DNA of 63,866 nucleotides, the filler included, from Reclinomonas americana ATCC 50394 (taxonomy: Eukaryota): assembly GCA_048213135.1 (NCBI GenBank). It is 10 parts of 10 records of this genome, joined end to end, with 100 filler letters (N's around TTAATTAATTAA, not from the genome) between each part and the next. Parts side by side here need not be neighbours in the genome. Positions count along the whole stretch, not along the records: positions 1 to 20,189 come from AFZH01022038.1; positions 20,290 to 26,375 come from AFZH01022039.1; positions 26,476 to 29,413 come from AFZH01022040.1; 7 more parts are not named here. One strand, 5' to 3'. A program made the position numbers and the translations under genes. This document shows, piece after piece, positions 12,410-26,499 of the stretch; within the stretch, counting starts at the first letter, position 1, and each line of letters opens with the position of its first letter. The notes under the pieces are model-generated. The model was not told the DNA's origin. It did no database searches and worked only from the letters and a program-made list of their open reading frames with translations.

Positions 12410-15400
12410 TCAGTCTCCGCTACCACCGACGGTGCGGGCTGCGGTACTACGCGCCAGACGGGCACGCAGCACTGGCTCGTTGGCCACCAGACACAGCTGC
12501 CAGTCGGGTATGCTGTGCAACGACAGCGTGCCGCCGCGAATGCGCTCGATCAAGAGTGAAGCCACGCGAATCCACTTCCGCAGCTTCTCTCGATGTCGTT
12601 CCGCGTAGAATCCACTGCACAGTCGCTGTCGTGGCATATCGCGTACGCGCAGGAGCGTCTTGTCAATGAGCCATCCGGGACGCACTGCGAGGCGATATGT
12701 GGATGAGCGGCGACGAATGACGGCATCAGTTGTGGCATTTGCAGCGCAACTCTCTGTCAACAGTGCAAGCAGCAGCTGGTACGGGGATTCGGTCGCGCCT
12801 TTTTGTTTTCGTCCACTGCCTCCGCCGGCGGCTGCTGCTGCTGATGTCGACGACACCGTGTCCGACTGCATCGCCAACAGTGAGTAACTCGTCGTCCACT
12901 CGGGCGCAACGCAGCACACGCAACACTGTCGCCATCGCTGGAGGCGCTCCGTCCATCGACAGTCGGTGCTTGTGCCTCCTGCACCTCGCGCTGCGGAAGG
13001 AATGCGCGTGAATCCTCCACACCCGCATCGTCCACAAATGACTGGCAGTCGGCGTTCTTCATCAGCGTCGCCAGTTGCAGAGCCACAGATGGCCTATGTG
13101 GGATGAGTGATATGAGCACGCGCGAATCGTGAGAACATGTGACGCTGCGTGCCAACCCACCTCCGATATCGCGACTCGTTCAACCGCACTCGCACGCAGA
13201 TCTTGTCAAACAGGCGGTATGTGAACCGCTTTCCGTTGTCGAATGCAAGTGTCTGCGACACAGACGGACGTGAGACTCAAATACGTGGACGCTCCCCAAA
13301 TAACTGTGTATAGACTGACCCAGGAGGTCGCGTTCTCTGGATCGAATTCAACAGTCGGCGTGGTGCGCGGCTGCCGCGCCGGCAAATGCGTGTCGTCCGG
13401 CAGGTTGCCGTCGCGATCAAGAACCCTCAATGGAGCGCGCACGCGCGATCTGCGAACACGGCAGTGACGCATGTGTCAGTAGCTGGCAGTGCATCGTCAG
13501 CAGGGAATGATAACGCACTTGGGAAGGAATGTGGAGAATGTGCCCTGCGACCCAATGCCGGTGATAATCGCCAGCGTGGAAATCTCCTTGCCTGCATAGT
13601 ACAGTGCTCTGCATTGCGAACAAGAGAAATACAATTGGATGAGATATCGGCTGAGAGGGAAAAGAAAATGAAACACCGTGAAAGCACGCAACTTGAACCA
13701 GTCGGAGGCGTCGCGTTGAATGTTCTTGGAAGCGCGGTTCATAATGTTGATGTGTTGCGCGTGAGACGACACCAGTCGAGTGTCGCGACACAACGGCGAC
13801 AGCTACACATGATAAGTCAGCGCGTAAAAGGAGCCGACAAGAAGTGCAAAATATATGCGATCCTGCACCTCAGCCTCGCTGCGGGCCTTGTCAACAGCCA
13901 TGGACGCCAGCAGCTGGCGGTGAACAATGACATCGGCGTACCGACGAATCGGTGACCTACACACGTTCGTGCGTTGTCAGTCAGTCAGCCTGTCATGCAT
14001 CTCTCTCCCTCTCGTGCCCAACGCAACGTGAAATGCGTGTAAAAGTTGAGGGCGAGCGCATAATGGTAGAACTCTGACGGCGCACAAGTGCCAGACGAAA
14101 TATACCTGCGATCGCACCGTGAACAGACCACACAGACAGACAACAGGCTTGTAGCTGACAGGCGACGCACTCGGCCTCGTTCATCGCGCGCGCAGCCACC
14201 GACTTGAGCAGGAAGTGAATGTAGGGATCGGATTCGTCATGAACCTTGGACAGGCTCTCGGCCAGCGCCCGACTCGAGTGTGTGTGAATGTGGAACCTGG
14301 CGGAGGGAGCGGTGCTGTTCAGCAACGAGCACCAGAACGGTGTCTCGTATAAGCACGTACCCGCGAGATTTGGCAGTGGCCACAAGCGTGGCAAAGTTCG
14401 ACTCATCGGGACTCGCCAGTCGACGCAACAGCGCGCTGGCAGGGAAATAGTCGTACAAACGGGCCGCCACCACCTATCCCGAGCGCCACACACTCGATGA
14501 GCAGAACAGCTGGGTGGCAGGTGACGAAACAAACGCAACATGATTGGCAAAAATCATCCACTCGGCCACCGTCTCATGCATCTCCACCTCGGTTTCGATT
14601 TCTGCACGACAAAGATGTGAGAGAGAGAAGAGAGATAGAGGGACAGCCACAAGACAGACACAATGACGTGCCAGCGTTGGTGACGTGAGTGCCTTCGACC
14701 TTGAACTTGATCTCTTGCAGACTCTCCAGCTCAATGGCTCCGCGGTCGACGCGATCTGCCCTCATGCGTCGTCCAATGTTGAACAGGTGCTCGATCGCCG
14801 TCTTCACTTTGTTGTACTTGGCCACGTCGGCGACGAACTCCGATAGCACATTGGTGCGACCGGTGGCCGAGTACACACTTGGCACGTACGGTTTGCCGGT
14901 GGCCTCCACCGCTGCGCCATCGAAAATGAGATGCAATGAAACAGGGAGAGAGGGAGCGGAGCGAACGCACCAGCCGGTGTCTTGCAGAAATCTTTGTGCG
15001 AACGCGAAAACACCACTGTGTGTGCCTCTTCGTAGGCCAGCGTGTAGCTGCAAGCATGCGCAACACCTTTTCAGCAACGGTGAAGCAGGTGGGTCAGTCA
15101 GCATGAGTGCACTCGGTGACAAAAACCTGTTGCGAAGGACCGTTCGTGCATATTGTGTGGACAGCAACTTGCGTCCGCTGGGGTCGTACTCGCAGAACAC
15201 ACTGACCGCAAAGCGGTCGCAGCCCGAGTGCAAACTGCACAGACGTAATCATGCCAATCACTGGAAATGTTAGCAGCACAACAACAACAACGACAACAAC
15301 AACAAGTCGGACGGCGTGCGGCCACATATCTGATGAGAGCACTCCTGGCAACATGTCGAGTCGTCGATCGATGAGGTACACCGTGGTACCGCGCTGCGAC

Positions 15401-17853
15401 GCCTCCACATCAAGCGGCGAACCCTCTTTCACAAAGTGCGCCACATCAGCAATGTCTGCAAAAGGACAGGGGGATAAGTCGCCGATCGACAGTGAGAGGC
15501 ATGCCCGTTTGGAAGAAAAACGCACGGACGCCAATCTCGATGTTTCCCGACGGCAGCACCCGGACCGACATGGCATCGTCAATGTCGACACAGCCAACTG
15601 GATCGATGCTCATCACCATGTGCGAGTCACGAATGTCCAGTCGCTCCGACAAGTCCTGCGCCTTACATGAGTGACGGTATCATCGAGCAGAGCGCGCGTC
15701 AAGCGAAAAATCCTCACCTCGGCAGTGACACGCCACGTTTCTGGGTTCGGGAGCGACTGCAACGCCGCAGCCGGGAACGGCAAAGCATTCGACCGCAACT
15801 GGTGCTCAATCAACAACGCCTCCGTCTCCACGTCGATGTTGCCGATAGGCCCCAGCGCTCGCACGTAGAAACCGTCGGGATACCTGCGGAGTGTAGCGTC
15901 GCTTCAATGACACACCAGTGACGACGACGACAGACGAGCGCGCTCACCGACTGTCTTTGGACCAGTTCGCAATACGCAGCACCAGTCGCTGGTCGAGCAG
16001 ATCACGCACCTGGCGGGTGCGAATGCGGATCTTCGGTATTCTCATGTCCATCGGCACACACAGCACCGTATACGTGGCCCCGGCTGCCGGTACCGACGAT
16101 GCTTCTGTTGCAGATGCCGCGACTGTCTCCTCTGTCACCCGGTTTGCCGCCGACACCGACTCCACCGCCTCCACCAGTGGTTCGGCTGCACCAGCGAGTG
16201 GGTCGATCCGGTCGTCCAACTGCATGGTACACACATACGTGGCTCGGACAACGAACCGAGTCAAGGTACACACACTCCACAGGCAACAGCTTCAAGAAAA
16301 GACGAGAAGCGATGGCAAGGATATTCTCTCCAGTTGCGCTGCATGATGGCAACCACTCGTGCCTCCCGTCCGTTCTCGCCCTCGATGACCTCCACTGCCA
16401 CTCGATCGCCGTGGATGGCACGATTGCTGATCAGCAGCGGCGGCGGCGGCGGCAATAGATGGTGAGTCAGCGGATCGTGATTAAGAGGAGAAGCAACTCA
16501 CAGACCGATTGGCTTCGCCTCGAATGACCAAATCTGAGCTCCTGCCCAGACCAGCCGCGCTGGCTGCTGGGGCAGCGGCGGCGCCAGTGGCGGCCACTGA
16601 CGGTGCCTCGTCGCCCTCAAACTCCACTTCGCTACCGGCCTCACTGGCAGCACGCGCACTATTGCCACACGAACAAGTGAGTGCGGAAGCGAGTGAGAGG
16701 GTGGATGAGTGGGCGAGCGACAACACGCACAGATCCAAGCTGCTGGTGACCGACTTGTCCTCGGCGGCGACACTGCCGACGCCACCACCGAGATCCTTGC
16801 TGTTCGACTTGAAATAGGCCTCTTCCGGGCGAAACTGGTTCACGTGGATCACGCCAGAGAGGAAACGACCGGCGCGTACGCCATCAACAATGACGGATTC
16901 GGGCAGATGTTCGCCAAACAGAAAATCGGCTGCGGCCGGACTCGACTCGAGCGTCAACAGCAGCGACTGATACAACGCCGACAACTCCACGGACATGCTC
17001 TCGTAAAAGGCCGCCACCCAGTCGCCGACACTCATGACAGTCACGCCAGGCACCGGCGACGACGAGTACACCTCGGGCGTGCGAGTGACAATCACAATCG
17101 GCATGCGTCGCTGCAAGTGCTCCGACATCCACACTGCCGCCCGATGCACCGCTGCGCTCCCCCGATCACCAGAGTGAGATACGACAACACACACACACAC
17201 ACACACACACACTCTCTGTCTTGCACACTCCCGAACCTCGCCAATCACGCGCCGCCTCCGACTCGCCGACCTGCCGATGCACATGTGTGGCCTCAAAGTG
17301 CTCGTTGCAGAACACCGAGCAGTGCCGATTGGCATGAGAGACCACAGCTCTGCGCAGGGCGATCAGAAGACAAAAAACACGCACGAGTTGTGCGGAAGTC
17401 AAGGAAACATGCACACACCTCATGCGCATGTACTTGCGTTGCGTTCGCAAATCCTTCAGCTGCATCACACCGTGTCAAACAGAGGCAAGAGACGGGGAGA
17501 AGCAGTGGAACACGCGCGCGCAACAGCCAGAGCAGCCGTCTCCAGGAACACGACATTCGCGACGCGCGGGTGCTCGAACAACTCGAGAAAATGCACCACC
17601 AGATCAACGTCGGGCATGGCATAGTGCGAAGCCTCACTCTCCAGCAGTCGCCGATTGAACTCGCAACTACACCAGACAAACGCGAGTGTGAGGTCGAATG
17701 CACGGGGGAGAGACAGAGAGAGCGGATGTCTCACCGCCCTGCTGGGCACAAGGCGCTGTCGCACGCAATGTCATCGCGAAAGTAGTGCTCACGCAGCAGC
17801 TGCGACACGCCACCGCGCTTGTTCTTGCGCGCCAGCTTCAGCTGCTTCAGCAT
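12410..17853 (-). CDS. DIS3L: DIS3-like exoribonuclease (CR3-PIN-CSD-RNB-S1)
   Basis: N-terminal [20 protein letters not shown] segment YAMPDVD, catalytic [28 protein letters not shown] (DIS3L-type) and spliced [20 protein letters not shown]. Confidence 0.9.
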
Positions 17854-17912
17854 TCTCTCTCGCACACAACACAGCGACTGAAAGGACACGAGAGGACATT
17901 GCTTTGGGGCAC
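17854..17912. promoter_or_regulatory. Ultra-short divergent intergenic region between DIS3L and ERCC8
   Basis: 59 nt separate the two head-to-head start codons. Confidence 0.55.
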
Positions 17913-19990
17913 ATGGACGCGGAGCTCGTGCGCTCTGCCCTGTGCACCTCCACTCGCGCAGCACAGGTGGCCTCTGCCAGCACTGTGCCAGCAGTGCGCG
18001 CCAACACACGACGCGGCGATCGTCCACTCTGCAACGTGTCCGTGGCGCGACTGCTGGTGGCGCGGGAGAATGGTCTGGCGTGCGCGCGCTGCTCGCTGAC
18101 TCCGCAGCGCGTGAACTGGGGACGCGAGGACCCAGCGTGCATGCTGATGCGCATGCACAAGTATGCGCGTGTGGACTTGTCGATGGAGCGCGCGGTGAGT
18201 AGCGTGCATGCCGCCGGTGTGAATTGGTTGGATGTCGATGCCGCCGAGCACCGATAGTTGAGTTGTCTCTGTATGTCATGTGCTGTCTTGCTGGGGGGAG
18301 GCTTACGTGAGCGAGGAGCGGTGCAGTCTGCTGACGGCCGGAGGCGATGCACGCATCTGCCTGTACGATGTCGAAGAGAAGCTGGCCGATTCGTCGCGCA
18401 GCACCGCGCCGCGATCGATTACACCGCTGGAGGTCATTGACAGGCATGTGGAGCACGTTGGTTTTTGTCTTACAGCGGGGACCACCTTGTTGAATGAGAT
18501 GTGCAGGAAGCGAGGCCACTCCAAGGCGGTGTCGAGTGTGGCCTGGTTTCCATTTGACACGGGCATGTTCGTCACGTCGAGTTTCGATTATACCTGCAAG
18601 TTGTGGGATACGAATGCGATGCAGGTTGCGTACCCGTTATCCTGTGTGTGTCGCGTCCCCCATTGGCATCGAGGTGACGATGACGACGACGACAACGGCG
18701 CAGAGTGTGGTGGAGTTCCAGTTTCAAACACACGTGCATCAAGTGTGCTTTTCGCCAGTGGCCGCTCGCCACAGTATGATCGCCGGTGTGTGTGTGTAGT
18801 GTTGTGTTGATTGTGATGTCCACACCGTTGCCGACTGTGCGCCACGCTGCAGCGGCTGCGAATGACAACAAGGTCCGCCTCGGTGACTATCGCACCGGAG
18901 CATTCACGCACTCGTTTTTGGGTCATCAGGCTCCCACCTGGTCGGTGGCGTGGAGCCCGGTGGATGAGTTCCTTCTCGTGAGGTGCCAGTTGTCGATGGT
19001 GACGTGAGTCGTGACAACAAAGTCTGACGGTACCCCTCTTGCAGTGGTGCCGAGGATGGCGTGATCCTGGTGTGGGATGTGCGCCGAGCGGGTGCACTTG
19101 CCAAGTTGCCCTACGAGAAGCCAAAGCACGGCGACGGCAAGAGACGACCACTGAATGGTGAGGGGTCGGGTTGTGTGTGTGTGCATATGCGGGTCAGCAC
19201 TTGTGTGTAACAGTCGAGGCACAGCGGCAGACATTGCCGACGATGGAGTGCGTGCACACGACGACTGCGTCAATGCGCTGTGCTTCAGTCGCGACGCACG
19301 CTATTTGCTGTCGTATGGACGCGATTCGCGCTTGCATTGTTGGGATTTTGCCAGTGGAGCCGACACCATGGTTCGTGGACTATCCTCGTGTTCGTCAGCT
19401 CCCCACTGCTCACCGTGCGGTGTGCGAGCAGATCAACTATCCTGGCACCGACAATGTGTACACGCTGACTTTGCGCATGGACGTGTGCAACGACGGTCAG
19501 CACGTTCTCGTGCCGGTGGGGTGCGTCGAAAAGAAGCCTCACCACTTCTCACCGATCGCTCCTCATGTACCTCTCGGTGTGTGCATGCACACACAGCGAC
19601 TCGGTCCACATGTATAGCATTCTCGGAGGTCGGTGCCATAGGCGACTTCGGGCGCACGCCGACGAGGTGTCGGCCTGCGTGCAACATCCGACGCGTGAGG
19701 TCTGCGGAGAATTCGAATGTGGTGCATCTGCGCACTTGTCTGACGCTCAGCATCGATGATCGCCGCAGGAGATTTACACGACCGGACGCGATCACCAGAT
19801 CCTGGTGTGGTCGCCGCCACTCGCTGCCGTGGTCGACGAGGCCGATGGATCGGTGAGAGTGCATGATTTTCGCCAAATCGGCGTCGTTCGATTGATGCTC
19901 AATTCATGCGATGCCCTTCGACGTTTTCTTTTTTGGTGGCTGTACGTACGACAGAACGGCCACGACGACGCCGACTGGATCGACGACTGA
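17913..19990 (+). CDS. ERCC8: DNA excision repair WD40 protein CSA/ERCC8
   Basis: HAAGVNWLDVDAAEHRYLLTAGGDARICLYD, GHSKAVSSVAWFPFDTGMFVTSSFDYTCKLWDTN, VRLGDYRTGAFTHSFLGH and a C-terminal DADWIDD. Confidence 0.9.
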
Positions 19991-20189
19991 ACTGAACGCG
20001 ATCGTCTCGCCTCCTCCTGCAAGCGATTGCGACTCGAAGTTTTCAGCGATCGCCATCGCTCTTCCAGCCAGCGGATCGCCGGCCCCCGTTCCCCCACCCG
20101 CGAGCGGAAGGGCCAACGAGTGGACTGGCGTTTTCTTACGTCGAGCAAGGCCAGCCATAAGACGACAAAGACCTTGGAGGGGACAATCA

Positions 20190-20289
20190 NNNNNNNNNNN
20201 NNNNNNNNNNNNNNNNNNNNNNNNNNNNNNNNNTTAATTAATTAANNNNNNNNNNNNNNNNNNNNNNNNNNNNNNNNNNNNNNNNNNNN
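20190..20289. other. Artificial gap linker; also at 26376, 29414, 35607, 42594, 54144, 55565, 61544 and 62766
   Basis: An identical 100-nt N-run/TTAATTAATTAA/N-run six-frame-stop spacer occurs nine times. Confidence 0.98.
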
Positions 20290-22008
20290 CCCAATGATGC
20301 CGCCATTGCCGCATGGACACGAGGATTCGTCGATGGTCGGCGTCATTGCGCCGCCGCCATTGCCGCCCATGAGCATGTCGACAGTGCCGAATGTCTCGTC
20401 TGAGATGTCGCCGAGTTTCGTCTCAGTTGTTCTCTCACGAGGCTAGATAGCGTCTGGTTGCCACTAAACCGTGTGCGTGTGTCTTGGGTGAAGCAGCACC
20501 TGCTGCGCCGACAATTGCCAGTCGCATCATGGAGGACTTGACCAATGTGGCACTTGACATTTCCGGTACGACCACTTGACTGTTGTGTGCACTGTGATTG
20601 CCTCGCACCTCTTGCTCATTCTCGTTGCGTGCTCACAGCGGGTCCGTACGTAAATCCTGAACCCGTGCATGTCGGTGGCGAGTCGTTTGGTGACCCGTCC
20701 GTGCTGTTCAATTCGAGTCCGCGACACCCACCTGGGTGAGTATTCCTCTGTCTTGTTTCATACTCCTCACCGTGTCACTCACCCCCTCCCCCCGTGCAGC
20801 TTCCCGCAATTCGGTGCTCCCTCGCCAGTTCGCTCCGGCTCAACGTGGAGTCCATACGGTCGGTCACCGTCACTCGGCAAGTTCACCACAGGCTCTCCAC
20901 CACCATCCATTCTGGCTCACAAGCGCCAGAGGGAATCCGCACCCGCGATCGATACGCTGTTCTCGCCGCCAATTGTGCGTTGCTCTGCTTTCAGTTTGTT
21001 TTCAATTGGAGACTAACGCAAGATTGTGCGCGCAGAAATCGAGACACACATCGAGTGTGCAGTTTCCCACACAGGCCAGTCATCACCACCACCACCATCA
21101 CCATCATGAGACCAGCCTGTCAGCTGTTGCCGGAAGCAACACGCCCACTGCGCTGCACCTGAGCCACGACCTCATGCCGAGTATCTTCTCGCCGACGTCG
21201 TTTTTCACACCCGGCGCCTCCTCTGGCACTCCTGGACGGTTTGTACCTTTTTGTTTGATTTGCCCTCGCCTCATTTTTGGTTGCCCGCTGACGTTGTTGC
21301 ACTGCAGTTCACCGATGCGCACCAGCAAGCGGCGCTTGAATATGAACGACGGAGCGAGCGAAGCCGAGAATCGACGACCAGCCAATGGCGGTCCGAACTC
21401 GGCATCGTCAGCTTCCTCGTCATCGTCGTCATCAACAACTACGGCCATTTCAGTTCTGCAAGTGTCTGGTGGACCTGGGCACATTGGTCACGGCGGTGGC
21501 AGCGCGGCAAGTAGCGGTGGTTTTTCAACTCCCACCCGCGGCGGCGGTTTGCCATACATGGATGAGGACATTTTGGCGGCGGTGAGACCAACTCCTGTGT
21601 GTGGAGTTGCGAGAAAGCTTGTCAGTCACTCACTCACCTCCCCCGCAGCGTCCCGCACTTGGTGGCTACTTGTTCACGCCACCAAGCGCGGCCAAGCCGG
21701 CTGCAAGGTCCCAAAAGTTGGTGGTCGGCAGCGGCCCGTTCTCATTCATGAGCTCGTATGCTGGCGACCACCAATTGGGCGGCGGATCTGGTCTCGGTGC
21801 AATGGCCCCCGATCCGTGTGCTCACAACGACGACATCTATCAGCAAGCCTCGCTAACAATGAGGTTTGTGTGTGCTACGATTTGCCGAAGTGCCTCTGTA
21901 CCGGTTACTGATGATGATGTTGTTGTTCTCAGGGCACCACTGCCAGTGGGAGAAAAGGCTGGCGGCGCGCCTCCGTCGCCGTCTTCAGTAGACCAATCCA
22001 TGCCTTGA
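20290..22008 (+). CDS. S/P/T-rich low-complexity protein, 5' partial; possibly a 3R-MYB-like C-terminal region
   Basis: Spliced SP/TP-rich exons containing GSPPPSILAHKRQR, IFSPTSFFTPG and SPMRTSKRRL; TGA at 22008. The family call is weak. Confidence 0.4.
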
Positions 22009-22535
22009 GGTGACTGGTGTGACTGGTTGGAGAAGAAGGTGGTTGCCAGAAAGGGAAAAACAAAAGAAAAAAGAAACAAAAAGTAGCCTCAAAAGAGCGT
22101 GTGTGTGTCTGTGTGTCTATCCTCCCTGTGTCTTCTCCCTCTTGGTCTGCTGGTTTTTTGTCAAGTGTGGTGGGTGGGTGTGGTGTTGCGCCGGTGTTGT
22201 CTCAATGTGTGTTGTTCTTGTTTTGCATTTTCCTCCTTTTTTTGGTTTTCCTCTCTCTCATTCTTGACGCTGGCGCGGTGCCTCGGTGTGTGCTACCAGC
22301 TGCGCATCGATGTATGTCTGCTGCTTCTCTTCCGTGTCCATAGGTTTTTCTTGACCGTGTGTGTTAGTCTCTCCGCGTGTCCCCTCGTCTGTCTGTCTGT
22401 CTGTCTTTCGTTCCGTACCTTGCTTTTTTGGCTGCTTGAAAATGAAAAGAACCATTCCAAGTTGTGTGAAGCTCGAGACTCGGGGTACTCAGTCGACGTT
22501 GATCACTGTCACATAGGACGCCGATTTCAACGCTC

Positions 22536-23751
22536 ATGTCGAGAAGGTCACACCTTGCTCTCTCCCCACGCACACACGCTCGTTTCAGTGAGTTCTCACA
22601 CGAGCGTCACTCGTTTCACAGAAAAGCGGTTGAGGCCGAGCGAATGCGTCAGCGCGAGGCCGGCTTCTCATTGGACGGAATGGCACGAGCTCGATTGCCA
22701 ACGTACAACGCGCTGACCGATGGTCACCTGCGCAGCTTCTTTGAGAGTCGCAATGTGCAAACCGTTCTCTACAAGCATGGACTGGTGAGTGAGAGAGTGC
22801 GTGTGTGAGAGAGAGAGCGTGTGTGTGTGTGTTTGATGACGCGCACACGCACAGATCGACGCCGATGGTCGCATCCTGGACCTGGATCGGAACAAGAGCA
22901 AGCTGAGCATCATTGAGCAGGAGTTCACCAATGCAGAGCGTGAGGAGTTTCGCCGGTTGCTGGAGGAACACGATCTGCAGGTGACCTCGCTCTCTCCTTT
23001 CTCGTCTCTCTCTCTCTCTCTCCGGGCCTGATCTGTGTGTCGACACACCCAGCAACGCATCTCGCGACGACGAACAGAGCTACTGCAGGAGGAGGAGAAG
23101 AGGCAGCGTCTGGCCGCGGCCAAGGCGCACCGGCGGTCGACCTCACAGCTGTATGGTGGCAGCGCCTCGACCGGGCGTGCGCGTTCGGGCAAGTCTTCGA
23201 AAGGATCTTCGTCGGCCGGGGCCTCGGCGCGACGCACTGCCAGGGTGTGTATGTGTGTGTGTGTGTAGCTCGTCCCCAGCTACAGAAGGTTGAGCGAGGC
23301 AGTCTGATCGCTGTGTGCAGTCCACCGATGAGGAATTGGACGACGAAGGCGATCAGGCGGAGAAGGAGTTGCGTGCGCTTCTCACCCACTAGTGTCGGCG
23401 ACGGTGAACTGATCCCCGCATGGCGCAGAATGATGGAGTACCTGGCACGTAGTGCGGGTCGCGTAGATACGGACACGGATGTCGGTTCGTGTCTGTTTGT
23501 TTGTTTGTTCGTTTCCCGTGTGAGTCACTGACACCTGTGGCAGTGGCGGCGGCGGGGTTCGAGTCGGCCGACGGCTACCGAGGGCAGACCTCGGCTGGGC
23601 GACCGGAGCTGGCGGTGGAATTACATGGCGACGGTGGTATGTCAGCCCGCAAGTCAGGTGTGCCTCGTCGCTCTCCAGTCTCTCTCTCTCTCGCCGTCTC
23701 TCGATTCTCACTGCGTTGGCAAAACTTGCTACAGGGGCCACTCCGAGGTGA
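22536..23751 (+). CDS. ERICH3 N-terminal-like (cilia-associated) coiled-coil protein
   Basis: LPTYNALTDGHLRSFFESRNVQTVLYKHGL|IDADGRIL resembles the ERICH3 N-terminus (YNSLxDxHLxxYF...GLIxxxGRI). Confidence 0.65.
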
Positions 23752-23887
23752 CACGCGCGCCTCTTTAGCAGCTACCTAAGCTTTCACTCGCTCTTCAATT
23801 GAGTCTCACACGGCGGTGTTTGTTGTAATGCCACTTGTTTTATTATGCGGAACACTGGATTCTCTGCGGATTGCTCCATTGATTGTC

Positions 23888-26375
23888 TTACGCCTTGCCA
23901 AGATCCGACAGCACCGCCAGTGCGCAGTTGCGACCGGGACTGCCCATCACACCGCCTGCGAGAGAATAAGAAGAAGCGCGGGTGCGTGAGTGAAAACCCG
24001 AGCACACTCGACTGGGGCACACAAGCACACCTCCTGGATGCGCGCCACTGCCGCACAGGTAGAGACCGTCCAATGGCATGCGATGGTGCGCGTAGCCAAA
24101 GGCAGGACGCGTGTAACCGAGCTGGTGCAGGGCCAGCGAGCCGTGGAAAATGTTGCCCTTGTGCAGGCCAAAGACGCGCTCCAAGTCCAGCGGCGACAGC
24201 GCGTCCACTCCAATCACCGACGACGAGAAGCCAGGAGCGTACTCGTCGATGATGGAGAACACTCGTTGCACGAAGGACTCCTTGAAGGCGGGGTCGGCCC
24301 AGCTGCCAATCTGCACACTGCCATGAGATCACCACCAGAGGAACAAAGGGCCACGCTCATGCACACCTTGGGATCGACGTCGTACGGCGCAAACTGCACA
24401 AAGAGCTGCACCACGTGCTTGCCGGGCGGGGCCAGGGTGTCGTCCAGAGCGCTCGGAATGGTCATCTCAATGATCGGTCGGCGAGAGGGCATTCCCATGT
24501 TGGCCTCGCGGTACGCCTGCTCCAGCTCATCGACACGGCTCTCAAAGTGCACCGTGCCGCGATGCTGTGGGCCGGGCTTGCCGTCGGGAGTGCTGGGGTA
24601 GCACTCAAAGTTCGGCAGCTTGTCCACGGCGCAGTTGATCTTGAAGACGCCGGAGGCGTAATTCGCAAAGCGAATGTGGTGCACAAAGTCGTCTGGCAGT
24701 GGACTGGTGGCGTCGGCCGGCAGGGCGCGCGAGTCCTGTGCCAGGCCCGGCAGCAGCTCGAGGAACGTGTGGTATGGGCTCGCACCGCTCAGCACAATGT
24801 CGGCGTACAACTTGGTGCCGTCGACCATCTCCACTCCCGTGACGCGCTTGCCCTCGTAGAGAATGCGACGCACGGTGGCGTTGGTGGCGATCTCGGCACC
24901 TGCCTCGCGTGCGGCCGACGCAATCGAGTTGCTGATGGCGCCCATGCCACCGCGAACGTACGCCCACACACCCTTGCGACCGGCAGCCTCTGCAGATGAC
25001 AACAGTCAACGTGTGTGCCAAACCAAACAAACAAATCGTGCGCAAAGACGAACCACCAAAGACGTGATGCAGCAGCACGTAGGCACTGCCGGGAATCGAC
25101 GGCGCAGCCATGGCACCAATGACGGCGTCGGTGGCCAACGTGGCCTTGAGAATGTCGCTCTCGAACCACCGGTCCAGCAAGTGGTTGGCCGGCGCCGTGA
25201 ACAGCTCGTAGAACGGTACCACAACCTCGCGGTTCTTGAAGCCGATGCGAATCAGCTCGCTGACCTGCTTCACGGCACGACTGCGCTCGCGCCAGCCACC
25301 CTGTCGCGGATCCGGTGGCGGTCCGTCGAGCAGTGGCTGCACCAACTCGCGCACCTTGCCGAGGAACTCCTCGTACTTGGGATACGCCTCGGCGTCACGC
25401 TGGCTGAACTGTGCAATCGAGCGCACGTCGTTCTCCTCGTTCGAGCCCAGCATCAGGTACTTGCCCTTGAGCGGTCCATTCACGAGCGTCGGGGTGAAAC
25501 TGGCGGGATCGCGCTGCACACCAAGGTCAGCGGCACACATCTGACACATCACCGTTCGCAAACTGCGACGCAACCACAAGGTACTCGAGTCCGTGCCGCT
25601 CCAGCTCCAGATCCTTGATGATGACCGGACGCAACAGACCGGCCAAGTAGGAAGCACGAGAGAACTTGAAACCCGGCACAATCTCCTCCGTCACCGCCGC
25701 TCCGCCGACCACATGACGGCGCTCGAGCACCAGAGTGTCGACGCCGGCCTTGGCCAAGTAGGCGGCCGACACCAGGCCATTGTGGCCACCGCCGACAATG
25801 ATTGCCTTGTACTTGGACTTGGCCGGGTGCACAAAGGGACCCGGCGACGGGTAATACTTGTGCGCCACGCGCTGCTCCACCATGCTCGGCGGTACCTTGG
25901 TGAAATGATTGGGCGCCGGCTCGTACTCGGGGAACACATGCTCCCGCGGCTCCGGTGCACGCGACGGCGACATGGACTGCACATCCTTGGCCAGTCGCCC
26001 GCTGTACGGATCGTGCCCGGCTCCGGCCTCCTCGCGACGCGCATGTCCCTTCTCTACCATGATTCCATCCGGCAGGGTCTCCCACTTGGGCAACGCATCG
26101 GCCACCTCCACTCCAGGCGCACGCGAACCGTAAAAGATGTGCATGTTGGGCCGGTACGCATCCGGCACCTGGGCACTCGCACACCGCCCAATCGGCAACG
26201 CCATCACACCCAGCGGTCGCGTGGCATCCTCGCCCACATAGTCGCCGCATGAGTTGCAATGGAAACGCGGATTGCGCGATCCCTCCGGCACCTTCTCCTT
26301 CAGCTTCCCACTCGGGTTGTGCCACGACACCTGAGCAAGCAGAGGTCACATGCAGAATATCACTTGACTGACTCT
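23888..26375 (-). CDS. PYROXD2: GFA/Mss4-like Zn domain fused to PYROXD2-like FAD oxidoreductase (5' partial)
   Basis: RFHCNSCG...[10 protein letters not shown]...DALPKW (GFA C-half) runs in frame into [21 protein letters not shown]...[27 protein letters not shown]-terminal [23 protein letters not shown]. Confidence 0.88.
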
Positions 26376-26499
26376 NNNNNNNNNNNNNNNNNNNNNNNNN
26401 NNNNNNNNNNNNNNNNNNNTTAATTAATTAANNNNNNNNNNNNNNNNNNNNNNNNNNNNNNNNNNNNNNNNNNNNTGTGTGTGTGTGCTTGTCCACAGC

